A stretch of DNA of 64,000 nucleotides. It comes from an uncultured Spirochaetota bacterium. GTDB lineage: Bacteria; Spirochaetota; Spirochaetia; SZUA-6; Fen-1364. The notes beneath the pieces are model-generated. The model had not been told where the DNA came from, made no database searches, and worked only from the letters and a program-made list of their open reading frames with translations. Location: NCBI GenBank assembly GCA_963820525.1, contig CAWGAA010000001.1, forward strand, positions 2,912,001 through 2,976,000, given 5' to 3'. How positions within the stretch are numbered: position 1 is the stretch's first letter; each line of letters opens with the position of its first letter. Below, one piece after another: positions 53,214 through 64,000 of this stretch. The position numbers were made by a program, and so were the translations under genes.

Positions 53214-53959
53214 GACAACCCGACGGCGGTTCCCGCCGAACCGCTCACGGCCTTCGCGTACGTCTCTTCCAGGGATCTGCCGGAGGCCGTGATCCTTTCC
53301 AACGGCTCGTCCAGTGCGACGGCTCCCCCGGCTATTATCAGGCAGCGGTCTATCAGGGTCTCCGCCGAGTCGAGGATATGGGAGGAGAGAACGATGGTCA
53401 CGCCGCCGCGCGCCATCCGCCTGAGGAGGTCCTTGATGTCCTTCACGACGATGGCGTCGATGCCGTTCAGCGCCTCGTCGAGGAAAAGGAACCGCGGCCC
53501 GTGAATGACGGCCAGGCCGAAGGCGAGCTTCTTTCTCGTGCCATGGGAAGCCTCGCGGACCACGGTGCCGGCGAACTCTCCGAGTCTGAGGAAATCAAGA
53601 AGCTCCCCGGTCCGTTTGCCGGTCTCCGCCGGCGAGAGACCGTAGAGCCTGCCGACAAGGCGGAGGTGCTCTTCAACGGTGAGGTACTCGAAGAGCGAGA
53701 GATCCTCCAGCACAACCCCGATGGCCTTCCGCCACTGGGTCATGTGCGCGAAGATTGACCGGCCCTCCCACAGGACGTCTCCCGAGGATGGCCGCAGGAA
53801 GCCGGTGAGGATGTTGATCGTCGTGGACTTGCCCGCGCCGTTGGGGCCCAACAGGCCCAGGATCTCTCCCCGGGCAACGTCCAGTGAGATGCCGCGCACG
53901 GCCGTGAGCGTGCCGAAGCTCCTGGTGAGCTCCGTGAGGCGCAGGTGAGTTTCAGCCAT
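53201..53959 (-). CDS. ABC-2-type exporter ATP-binding protein
   Basis: GPNGAGKS, SHGTRKK, LFLDE, SSH. Confidence 0.9.
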   Translation of the reverse strand: MAETHLRLTELTRSFGTLTAVRGISLDVARGEILGLLGPNGAGKSTTINILTGFLRPSSGDVLWEGRSIFAHMTQWRKAIGVVLEDLSLFEYLTVEEHLRLVGRLYGLSPAETGKRTGELLDFLRLGEFAGTVVREASHGTRKKLAFGLAVIHGPRFLFLDEALNGIDAIVVKDIKDLLRRMARGGVTIVLSSHILDSAETLIDRCLIIAGGAVALDEPLERITASGRSLEETYAKAVSGSAGTAVGLSWVS

Positions 53960-54113
53960 GTCATGAAGGGTGCCCTTTTTGATGAAGGAGCGTCAAGAAA
54001 TCCGCCGGCGGGGCCAACCCGTTACGCCCCGCAGCCGCGCTTTTTCCCCGGCATCCTTGACACTCCACCTGCGGACTTTTAGAATGCGCAATACCTCAAG
54101 GAGACTCGACGAA

Positions 54114-55328
54114 ATGCTTAAAATCGAGAATATCGGAATCATCACCAGCGGCGGCGACTGTGGAGGGCTCAATGCCGTGATCCAGGGCGCCGCTCAGATG
54201 GCTCTGGCCAAGGGCCTCGGCGCTTTCATAATTCCCAACGGATATGCCGGGCTGTACAACCTGGTCGATATGAAGAGCCTGGTGCGGCTCGACATCCCGC
54301 GGCTTGAGATGATCAAGTCCGCGCTGGCCGGCTCCGAGGCGGGCCATTCCCGCGTGAAAATCTCCAAGATCCCGGACCCCAACAAGTACGAGAGGATCAA
54401 GGAAGGCCTGAAGAAGTTCAACATCGGGGGCCTGATCATCTCCGGCGGCGACGACACGGGAAGCGTGGTGGTTGACCTCTCCAGCCAGGGCATCCCCTGC
54501 GTGCACGCTCCCAAGACCATGGATCTCGACCTTCAGACCTATTCCGTCGGCGCGGATTCGGCCATCAACAGGATTTCCGGCTTCGTGGAGGACCTGAAGA
54601 CCACGGGCATGTCGCACAGCCGGATCATGGTCATCGAAGTCTTCGGCCGCTACGCGGGCCACACGGCTTTCCGCGGCGGCATCGGGGCGGACGCGGACTG
54701 CATCCTCATCCCCGAGGTGCCGGTGGATTGGGACGTGGTCTACGCGGATATGAAGAAGAGCTTCATCCGCCGCGTGCGGGAAAGCGACGTGCACGCCGGA
54801 ACGTACACGATCGTTGTCGCGGAGGGCGTCAAGAACGCCTCCGGCGAGCTTCTCACCGACGAGTCGGCGGGCAAGGACGCCTTCGGCCACGTGAAACTGG
54901 CCGGCGCGGGCAAGTACGTCCGCCAGCAGATGGAGATCCGCCTCAAGAATGATCCCGAGATCAAGGAGTTCATGATTGCGGAGGGGATGTTCGTGCCGGA
55001 CCTGTACGAGGTCCCCGAGGTGCGGGAATGCGTCCCGGGCCACCTCATCAGATCGGGAAACTCCTCGGCATACGACGTGAACTTCGGCAAGGAGGCGGGC
55101 GGAGGCGCGGTCCTCCTTCTCCTGGCCGGGATCACGGGTATGACGATCTGGAACGTGGACGAAGGTGAAGTGCGCTACCTCCCCACCAAGGAAGCCATCA
55201 AGCAGAGGCACGTGGATGTGGCGACCGTGGCTTTCCATGAAGCACTCGGGGTCTGCTTCGGCCGCAAGGTCGAGCCCCTGGTTCCCAAGTTCCTCGAGAA
55301 AAAGGGCAAGGTCGATCGCTACCTCTAG
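54114..55328 (+). CDS. PfkA-family phosphofructokinase, probably PPi-dependent
   Basis: TSGGDCGGLN, GGDDT, PKTMD, EVFGRYAG. Confidence 0.88.
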   Translation: MLKIENIGIITSGGDCGGLNAVIQGAAQMALAKGLGAFIIPNGYAGLYNLVDMKSLVRLDIPRLEMIKSALAGSEAGHSRVKISKIPDPNKYERIKEGLKKFNIGGLIISGGDDTGSVVVDLSSQGIPCVHAPKTMDLDLQTYSVGADSAINRISGFVEDLKTTGMSHSRIMVIEVFGRYAGHTAFRGGIGADADCILIPEVPVDWDVVYADMKKSFIRRVRESDVHAGTYTIVVAEGVKNASGELLTDESAGKDAFGHVKLAGAGKYVRQQMEIRLKNDPEIKEFMIAEGMFVPDLYEVPEVRECVPGHLIRSGNSSAYDVNFGKEAGGGAVLLLLAGITGMTIWNVDEGEVRYLPTKEAIKQRHVDVATVAFHEALGVCFGRKVEPLVPKFLEKKGKVDRYL

Positions 55329-55394
55329 GGCAGGCGGCGGCCAATCTCCATCAGAGTGCCGGCGCTTTCCGGCGCCGGCCTCGGACTCAAGTGA

Positions 55395-56827
<1,433 letters not shown>

Positions 56828-56828
<1 letters not shown>

Positions 56829-57925
56829 TGAGGGGGGCCCCGGCGGCTGAGGGGAAGCCTCGATTGCGCGCGCTCATCGGGGCCGCCGCCGCATCGGCGG
56901 TGCTTGTCACTTTTGCCCTCTGCTCCTGCTCTGCGGCATCCCCCGATGCCCTCTGGTACCAGCTTCAGTCGGGCAGGCTCCAGAGAATCGCGGGAATCGG
57001 CTCGGCGCAATCCACTCCGCTTCAGCCCTGGACAGTGCAGGCCCGCCTGGCGGACGAGGCGTTCTTCCATGGCACCCTTTACTTTGCCGTGAACGGCTAC
57101 GGCATCCTCGCGGCCGACGTGGAAGGCACGTCGCCCGTCTTCCAGTATCTCTATGACTCCACGATCTTTTCACACCGGACGGTGACGGACCTCGTCCCGC
57201 GAAAGGATGGGCTCGTCGCCCACCTCTATTTCAACGAGATTCTCAACACGGCGGATCGGGCCGCCCTTTCTTCCCGCGGCATCAGTCTCGTGAATCTCGA
57301 CACATCCAAAGGCGGGTTCGCATTCATCACGCCGCCGTTTCAGAAGCGGGACCCGCAGTGGGAAGCCGTCGGATTTCTGGCCAGGGGGCAGGATGATTTT
57401 CTCTTCGAATGGAAGCTTTCCGGCCCGACGGAGACGCGCTTCGCCTACACCTGGTTCAACCCGGACTCGGGGGAAGAGCAAACGATATCGCGAGAGTCGT
57501 ACATCGCCGCGTACCAGCTCTCTTCAGCGGCGGGTTCCGGACCAGACGCCTCGGAGGCCGGCCTTTTCGCGGTTGTCCGGAAAAACCTGCCGGAACTAAC
57601 GGACCAGAACGCAGTCCATTTCAGCCTGCTGTCCCTGGGCAATCCGGTGAAAAGGCTGTACCGAAGCGGCGAGGGGATCTCCTCCCTCCTCTCGGTCCCG
57701 ATCTTCCAGGAGGGAAGCGCCTCCTTCGTCCTTCTTCCGGCCGGAAGGGTGCTCCGCGTGTCCGCGGCAGGGGCGGCAGACTTCATCGCGCTTCCCGCGC
57801 TGCCTCCCCGCTTAAGCTATACCGGCATCGTGAAGGTGGGCGATTCTCTGGTGCTGCCCTGGGAGGAGTCCCGGTTCACCGATGTCGGTTCGGCTGGAAT
57901 GCTTGTCTTCAAGCTTCCGAAATAG
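56828..57925 (+). CDS. Hypothetical lipoprotein
   Basis: TGATG coupling to proS; hydrophobic stretch ending LCSC. Confidence 0.65.
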
Positions 57926-57934
57926 GACGGGAAA

Positions 57935-58687
57935 TCACCGGACGGGTTCCTTCTTGCGGCCGCCGATGGTGGGCTCTCCTCCCGGCTTCGGGCCCTTGTT
58001 CATGAACATCCCGGCGTCGAAGAGAATGGGCTCCTCGATAATGAAGCCCTCCGCGTAGGCCACGCCCGCGGCGATCCCGTAGGTCTGGCGGAACTTCCGC
58101 AGGCCTTCCAACACCTTGCCGTCTCTCAGGCTCATCTGGGACTCGTGGCAGCGCGCTATGGCGTCCCATTCCTCCATGTAATCGGAGACATCGTTCACAA
58201 GGTTGGGCCGCGAGGACCGGGGGACCATGTAGTAGATGATATGCTCGGCGTTCCAGGGCTCCCCCGAGACTTCCTTCAAGCCGGAGAAGCGGGCGTAGCG
58301 CGCGGCGCTCTTCGCGATGAGCCCCGTTGCCGTGTGATCGGGGTGCGCCGCTCCGTCGTTGTGCGACGCGGGGTTGAAGTGGTAGGGCGCAAAGATGATC
58401 CGCGGCCTGTATTTCCTGATAACCGCAGCCAGCGCCACCCTGCTTTCGAAGGAGTCGAAGATCCGGCAGTCCTGGAACCCCAGGATCTCCAGCTCTCCTC
58501 CCAGCCGGGAAGCTGCGTTTCTCATCTCCTGCTCGCGCTGCTCCGGGGTGCCGAATGTCCCGGCTTCTCCGCGGGTGAGGACGCAGAGAGCCACCGATAG
58601 TCCGCTTCGGACGAACTTCACCATGCTTGCACCCATGCCGAACTCCGCGTCGTCGGGATGGGCGCCGAACACCAGAATATCAGCCAT
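57935..58687 (-). CDS. PIG-L/LmbE family deacetylase (BshB-like)
   Basis: AHPDDAE, TRGEAG, HPDH, HESQ. Confidence 0.88.
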   Translation of the reverse strand: MADILVFGAHPDDAEFGMGASMVKFVRSGLSVALCVLTRGEAGTFGTPEQREQEMRNAASRLGGELEILGFQDCRIFDSFESRVALAAVIRKYRPRIIFAPYHFNPASHNDGAAHPDHTATGLIAKSAARYARFSGLKEVSGEPWNAEHIIYYMVPRSSRPNLVNDVSDYMEEWDAIARCHESQMSLRDGKVLEGLRKFRQTYGIAAGVAYAEGFIIEEPILFDAGMFMNKGPKPGGEPTIGGRKKEPVR

Positions 58688-58778
58688 CGTATTTGAGGAT
58701 ACGAACCGCCGAGTGCCTCAGTCAAGCGATCTCTCCTTGACAACAACGCTTCGGATTCGTCATTCTCGAAGTGCTGTC

Positions 58779-60065
58779 ATGGAGCTTCACAAGGTTCCCC
58801 TGCTGATGAGCAACAGGCTGTTCCGGGGACTCTCCCGGGGACAGGTGGAGGAGTTCGCCTCGCACCTGGTGGAGGAAGAGTTCCCCACCGATGAGTTCAT
58901 CATCCGGGAAAGCCAGCCGGCGGACCGCGTGTACGTCCTCGTCGAGGGGAAGGCCACGGTCCAGAAGCACCTCTCGGCGTCCGGGGCCGAGGAGGTTGAG
59001 ATCGCGGTCCTCGAGGCGGGAGACTTTTTCGGCGAGATGTCCTTCTTCTCCGAGGCGAGCGAACGCTCGGCGAGCATCCGCGCCCTCTCCCCGGTGCGGG
59101 CCTACTCCCTGCGCAGGGAGGAGTTCACCATCCTGCTTGCCGAGCATCCCGAGGTCATGAGGAACATCCTCTCCAACATTGTGATCCAGCTTCAGGCCTC
59201 CAACCTGCGCTTCATCGAGCGGCTGCGCCGGGAGAAGGGGGAGCTCGAGGAGAAGGTTGTGGAACGAACGCGCGAGCTTTCCCGCATGTCGGCGAGACTC
59301 GAGCGGGAGCTGGCCATCGCCCAGAACATCCAGAGGAACCTCCTCCCGGAGAAGGCCGTGAACTTTCCCCGCGTCTCGATCCGCACGGAGTACCTTCCCT
59401 GCGAAGAGCTCTCCGGCGACATCATCGGGGTGCTCCCCGTGGACGAGTGGCGGATCGCCCTTTACGGCGGGGACGTTTGCGGGCATGGGATCTACGCCGC
59501 CGTGGTCATGAGCTACGTGAAAAAGCTCATCGAGACCTCGGTGAAGCGCGTCCTTCTCAACCACCACTTCGTGGTAAAGCCCCCGGGAGCCGTGCTCTCC
59601 TCGATCAACAGGAGCTTCATCTCGGAGATCAGCCTGGGAGACCCCGAGATCTATCTCACGCTTTTTCTCGCGGTTCTCGACACGCGAAGCCTCCGCTTCG
59701 AGTACTCCTCCGCCGGCATCCACGTGCCGCCCCTGGTGCTTTCCGGCGGGCGCATGAAGGAGCTGTTCGCGGGCTCCGATATCCCGATCGGCGTGGTAAG
59801 CGATCATGACTATGTCACCGAATCCGCGGTTTTCAGGCCCGGCGACGCCCTGTTCTTCGTAAGCGACGGCGTCGTCGAGGCCCGCAGGGGCGAAGAGGCC
59901 TTCGGCATCGAAAGGCTGAAGCGGGAAGCCCTGCCCATCCTGACCGGCCCCAGCGAGCCGGACCTGGACGCCATCGTAGCCCGCGTAAAGAACTTCCTCG
60001 GCGGTCAGAAGCCGGAAGACGACATGTGCTTCCTGCTCATGCGCGTGGGAGATCCGCAGGGATAA
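58779..60065 (+). CDS. cNMP-binding + PP2C/SpoIIE phosphatase
   Basis: GDFFGEMS..RSASIRA; coiled coil; SGD, GDVCGHG, SDGVVE, EDD. Confidence 0.88.
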   Translation: MELHKVPLLMSNRLFRGLSRGQVEEFASHLVEEEFPTDEFIIRESQPADRVYVLVEGKATVQKHLSASGAEEVEIAVLEAGDFFGEMSFFSEASERSASIRALSPVRAYSLRREEFTILLAEHPEVMRNILSNIVIQLQASNLRFIERLRREKGELEEKVVERTRELSRMSARLERELAIAQNIQRNLLPEKAVNFPRVSIRTEYLPCEELSGDIIGVLPVDEWRIALYGGDVCGHGIYAAVVMSYVKKLIETSVKRVLLNHHFVVKPPGAVLSSINRSFISEISLGDPEIYLTLFLAVLDTRSLRFEYSSAGIHVPPLVLSGGRMKELFAGSDIPIGVVSDHDYVTESAVFRPGDALFFVSDGVVEARRGEEAFGIERLKREALPILTGPSEPDLDAIVARVKNFLGGQKPEDDMCFLLMRVGDPQG

Positions 60066-60068
60066 GGG

Positions 60069-60153
60069 CGGGGGCGCTTTCCGCCGTCCCTGGCTCCAGC
60101 GCCCCTCCGCCATCCAAGCGGCGTTTTTCTCGCTTCGCTCGAAAAGCCGCCGC
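60069..60153. repeat. Dispersed palindromic intergenic repeat, copy B
   Basis: Inverted near-identical match to 14062-14136. Confidence 0.8.
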
Positions 60154-60203
60154 CGGGCTAGGGGTAGCCTCGCGGCCGAGCTTCCTGCTACTATTTTCGC
60201 GCA

Positions 60204-63200
60204 GTGCGGCTCGAAGTCTTCTACCGTGACGGCTTTCCCGACGGCAGGGCGCAGCGGCTCCTCTCCGCTCTCAGGCGGGGACTCACTGCCCAGGTCACCG
60301 ACCTCGGGATGGTCGACGTCTATCTCATCGAGGGCATTCCCGGGATTTCAGAAGAACTCTTGAGGGAGATCTTCTCCGATTCAGTCGCCCAGGACATCAT
60401 CATTGACCGCGCCGCGGTGGAGACGGGGTTTCACGCGGATTGGGACCGCCTTGTGGAGATCACCGCGCGGCCGGGAGTCACCGATCCGGTGGCCCTGACT
60501 GCTCGGGATGCGCTTCGCATGTCGCTGGAGGGCGGCCTGCCAGAGGACGCGGTCGTACAAACCGGGGTGCAGTACCTCGTGTCCATGAAGGGCCCCGCGA
60601 GCGCCCAACGGAGCGCCGGCGGTCCCGCTTTCGATGCCGATCTCCTTGCGCGATTCTTCCACAATCCCCTCATTCAGACCGCAACCTGCATCGGGCGGGT
60701 CGATTGGGACAACGGGAGAAGGCCCCTCCGTTCATACCCCCATACGGTGGCTGAAAGCCCCGCCTCCGTCGAGCGCATCGATCTCGATTCCCTGGGAGAC
60801 GGGGAGCTCGAAGCCCTTTCCCGGAAAAGGCTTCTGGCCCTCAGCCTTGCCGAGATGAAGGCCGTGCGGGGATACTTCCGCGCCCCCGACGTATGCGCCG
60901 AGCGCGAGCTCAGGGGTCTTTCGGCTTCCGCCACCGACGTGGAGCTCGAGATGATCGCCCAGACCTGGTCCGAGCACTGCAAGCACAAGATCTTCAACGC
61001 CACCATCCGCTACACCGAGGAGGGCGGGCCGAAGAACGGCGGCCAGACGATCAGCTCCCTGTTCGACACCTACATCAAAAAGACGACCGAGCAGATCGGC
61101 CGCTCCCGAACGGATCTGCGCTCCGTTTTCCACGATAATTCCGGGGTTGTGGCTTTCGACGAGGATACACTCCTCTGCTTCAAGGTGGAAACGCACAACT
61201 CCCCCTCGGCCCTGGATCCGTACGGCGGGGCGATCACGGGGATCGTGGGCGTGAACAGGGACATCCTGGGTACCGGCCTGGGGGCCAAGCCGATCTTTAA
61301 CACCGACGTGCTGTGCTTCGGCCTTCCCGATACGCCCGAGTCCGAAGTCCCGGAAGGGCTCCTCCATCCCCGGCGTGTGCTTGAAGGCGTGCATCGCGGC
61401 ATCGTGGATGGAGGAAACCAGTCCGGAATTCCCACCGTGGCCGGCGCTTTCCTCTTCGATGAGAGCTTCCTGGGAAAACCCCTGGTGTTCTGCGGGACGG
61501 GCGGCATCCTGCCCGCCTCCGTTGGCGGAAGGCCGTCGTGGGAAAAGAAGATCGAGCCGGGAGACCTTGCCGTGATGGCGGGCGGAAGGATCGGCAAGGA
61601 CGGCATCCATGGGGCCACATTCTCATCAGAGGCGCTGAGCGAGACCTCGCCCACCTCCGCCGTGCAGATCGGAGATCCGATCACGCAGAAGAAGATGCTC
61701 GACTTCCTTCTGGAGGCGAGGGACCTGGGGCTGTACCGTGGCCTCACCGACAACGGCGCCGGAGGGCTTTCCTCGTCACTGGGCGAGATGGCCTCCCTGA
61801 GCGGCGGAGTCCGCATCGAGCTCGATCGCTGCCCTCTGAAGTACAAGGGCCTGGCCCCCTGGGAGATCCTCGTCTCGGAGTCCCAGGAGCGGATGAGCTT
61901 CGCCGTGCCCCCCGAGAGTCTCGACGCCTTCCTCTCCCTTGCCGGAAAGAGGGAGGTGGAGGCCACCGTCGTGGGCGAGTTCACCTCATCCGGGCTGATC
62001 GAAGCGCTCTTCCGCGGCGAGCTCGTAGCGCTCGTGCGGCTGGAGTTCCTCCACAAGGGCCTCCCCGTGATGGAGCTGAATGCCCGTTGGACGGCGCCCG
62101 CGGCGTCTGCCGATGGGATTCCTTCCATCCCGTCGCTGAAGGAGACGATGCTTTCCATCCTGTCGGACCCAAACGTGGCGTCCAAGGAAGAGTGGGTCAG
62201 GCAGTACGATCACGAGGTGCAGGCCAGGTCCGTGATCAAGCCCTTTGTCGGCAGGGACCGCGACGCTCCTTCCGACGGCGCGGTGCTCAAGGTGCGGCCG
62301 GATTCCTGGCGCGGCATCACCGTGACGCATGGCATCTGCCCGTGGTACGGGGACTGGGACACCTTCGACATGGCCCAGTGCGCCGTGGACGAGGCGCTTC
62401 GGGCGCATGTCGCCCTGGGGGGAGATCCCGATGCCTGTTCCGCGCTGGACAATTTCTGCTGGCCGGATCCGGTGGAAGGCCCTGACAATCCGGACGGCGC
62501 TTTCAAGCTGGCCCAGCTGGTTCGCGCCTGCCGCGGCCTGGCGGAGGCCTGCACGGCATTCGGCCTTCCCCTCATTTCAGGCAAGGATTCGATGAAGAAC
62601 GACGCGAGGATCGGAGGGAAGAGGGTCTCGGTAAGGCCGACGCTCCTCGTTTCTCTCATGGGGATCGTCCCTGACGTGCGCGCCAGCGTCACCACGGACT
62701 TCAAGGCTCCGGGGGATTCCCTCTATGTTTTGGGGGAGACCCGCGGGGAGCTCGGCTGCACGCGCTTCCAGCGCGCGGTGCGAGAGCGGGCTGGAAAAAA
62801 CGCGGGCCGGCCGCTGGGCCGCGCTCCGGCCGCCGATAAAAGCCGGCCGGCAGGCCGCGCGCCCGCCGTCCATCCAGCCCGGGCGATGGAGTCCTACCGC
62901 AGGCTCCACCGGGCCATCCAGGGAGGCCTTGTCCGGTCCTGCCACGATCTTTCGGACGGCGGGCTGTGGGTAGCCATCGCCGAATCCGCGCTGGGCGGTG
63001 GATTCGGGGCGCGGGTGGAGCTCGACCTGCTTCCCGTCTCCGCGGATTGCGGGCGGGAGCCGGAACGGCTCGCCTTCTCGGAGACCCCTTCCCGTTTCCT
63101 CGTGAGCGTGGCTCCCCGCGATGAGCCCGCGTGGCGGTCTCTCATGCAGGGCCTTTCATCCGCCCGTGTGGGAGAGGTGACCTCGGGGAGCAAGGTGCGT

Positions 63201-63326
63201 CTCATGGCCCGAGGACGTGACGTGGCGGAGGCGGCTTTGGATGAGATCCGCCGCGCGTGGAAAAGCGGGGACTCCGATTCGGGCGGCGGCGGCCGCAGGG
63301 ACGCGGGCCCGGGAGATCCAGCGTGA
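60204..63326 (+). CDS. purL: FGAM synthase PurL with N-terminal PurS-like extension
   Basis: QTWSEHCKH, KVETHNSPS, DNGAGG, SESQERM, QYDHEV, LDNFCW, ISGKDS, HDLSDGG. Confidence 0.95.
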   Translation: MRLEVFYRDGFPDGRAQRLLSALRRGLTAQVTDLGMVDVYLIEGIPGISEELLREIFSDSVAQDIIIDRAAVETGFHADWDRLVEITARPGVTDPVALTARDALRMSLEGGLPEDAVVQTGVQYLVSMKGPASAQRSAGGPAFDADLLARFFHNPLIQTATCIGRVDWDNGRRPLRSYPHTVAESPASVERIDLDSLGDGELEALSRKRLLALSLAEMKAVRGYFRAPDVCAERELRGLSASATDVELEMIAQTWSEHCKHKIFNATIRYTEEGGPKNGGQTISSLFDTYIKKTTEQIGRSRTDLRSVFHDNSGVVAFDEDTLLCFKVETHNSPSALDPYGGAITGIVGVNRDILGTGLGAKPIFNTDVLCFGLPDTPESEVPEGLLHPRRVLEGVHRGIVDGGNQSGIPTVAGAFLFDESFLGKPLVFCGTGGILPASVGGRPSWEKKIEPGDLAVMAGGRIGKDGIHGATFSSEALSETSPTSAVQIGDPITQKKMLDFLLEARDLGLYRGLTDNGAGGLSSSLGEMASLSGGVRIELDRCPLKYKGLAPWEILVSESQERMSFAVPPESLDAFLSLAGKREVEATVVGEFTSSGLIEALFRGELVALVRLEFLHKGLPVMELNARWTAPAASADGIPSIPSLKETMLSILSDPNVASKEEWVRQYDHEVQARSVIKPFVGRDRDAPSDGAVLKVRPDSWRGITVTHGICPWYGDWDTFDMAQCAVDEALRAHVALGGDPDACSALDNFCWPDPVEGPDNPDGAFKLAQLVRACRGLAEACTAFGLPLISGKDSMKNDARIGGKRVSVRPTLLVSLMGIVPDVRASVTTDFKAPGDSLYVLGETRGELGCTRFQRAVRERAGKNAGRPLGRAPAADKSRPAGRAPAVHPARAMESYRRLHRAIQGGLVRSCHDLSDGGLWVAIAESALGGGFGARVELDLLPVSADCGREPERLAFSETPSRFLVSVAPRDEPAWRSLMQGLSSARVGEVTSGSKVRLMARGRDVAEAALDEIRRAWKSGDSDSGGGGRRDAGPGDPA

Positions 63327-64000
63327 AGGAAAGGGCGGTCAAGGTCTGCGTGATAACGGGTTTCGGCATCAATGCCGACGAGGAGCTGGCCCAGGCCTTC
63401 GGGATGGCGGGGGCGGAAGCCGACCGCGTTCACGTGAGCGATCTCATCGAGGAGCCGGGGCGCGTGCTTTCCTACAACATCCTTGCCTTTCCCGGGGGCT
63501 TCTCCTTCGGTGACCATCTCGGCTCCGGCAAGGTCTTCGCTATCCTCTTCAAGAGAAACCTCAAGACCGTCATGGAGGAGTTCGTCGCCTCGGGCGGCCT
63601 CGTCATCGGGATTTGCAACGGCTTCCAGGTGCTCGTGAAGATGGGCCTCCTGCCCAACCTTTCCGGCGGCTGGCAGCAGGAGGTCTCCCTCATCCACAAT
63701 GATTCGGGCAAGTTCGAAGACAGGTGGGTGCGGGTTTCCTTCGACCCCGCGAGCCCCTGCCTCTGGACGCGGGGCCTCGCCCCCATGGACCTCCAGGTCC
63801 GTCATGGGGAGGGGAAGTTCGTGGTCCGTTCGACGGAAGTCCTCAAGGCCCTCGAGTCCCGAAGGCTCGCCGTGGCGCGCTATTCTTCCCGCGACGGGAC
63901 TCCGGCCGCTTATCCCGACAATCCCAACGGCTCGGTGGCGGCAATCGCCGGCATTTGCGACCCCAGCGGAAGGATCTTCGGCATCATGCCTCATCCGGAA
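63323..64000 (+). CDS. purQ: FGAM synthase glutaminase subunit (runs off window)
   Basis: GFGINAD.E, PGGFSFGD, GICNGFQ, HGEG, NPNGS, MPHPE; absent from the ORF track because it has no stop in the window. Confidence 0.93.
   Translation, partial: MKERAVKVCVITGFGINADEELAQAFGMAGAEADRVHVSDLIEEPGRVLSYNILAFPGGFSFGDHLGSGKVFAILFKRNLKTVMEEFVASGGLVIGICNGFQVLVKMGLLPNLSGGWQQEVSLIHNDSGKFEDRWVRVSFDPASPCLWTRGLAPMDLQVRHGEGKFVVRSTEVLKALESRRLAVARYSSRDGTPAAYPDNPNGSVAAIAGICDPSGRIFGIMPHPE

Overview
GC-rich bacterial chromosome segment. Gene content points to a free-living Spirochaetota member (inference from STAS/CesT/PspA genes, a FlhG-like ATPase-FapA-lgt run, a DUF2259-like protein, an archaeal/eukaryote-type ProRS and a PPi-type PFK). 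Two core blocks (about 1-32.4 kb and 47.3-64 kb) carry murA, djlA, hppA, pspA, two sigma-54 activators, rsmE, ctpA, lgt, nifSU, aroF, pfk, proS and purL/purQ. Between them, a roughly 15 kb accessory region lies at the 3' end of a minus-strand tRNA-Val(CAC). It contains (i) a 2567 bp integrase-less cassette, bounded by a 42 bp duplication of the tRNA 3' half, whose only substantial gene is an Ig + RCC1/BLIP-II repeat lipoprotein; (ii) a rare-sugar (apiose-like) uptake and catabolism cluster; and (iii) an orphan promoter followed by a long G.U-rich hairpin (candidate ncRNA) at the left edge. Other observations: many apparently leaderless genes, degenerate signalling proteins, two intergenic repeat types, and four single-site gene lesions that may be real or assembly errors. 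Product calls come from motif recognition by eye; no database searches were run.
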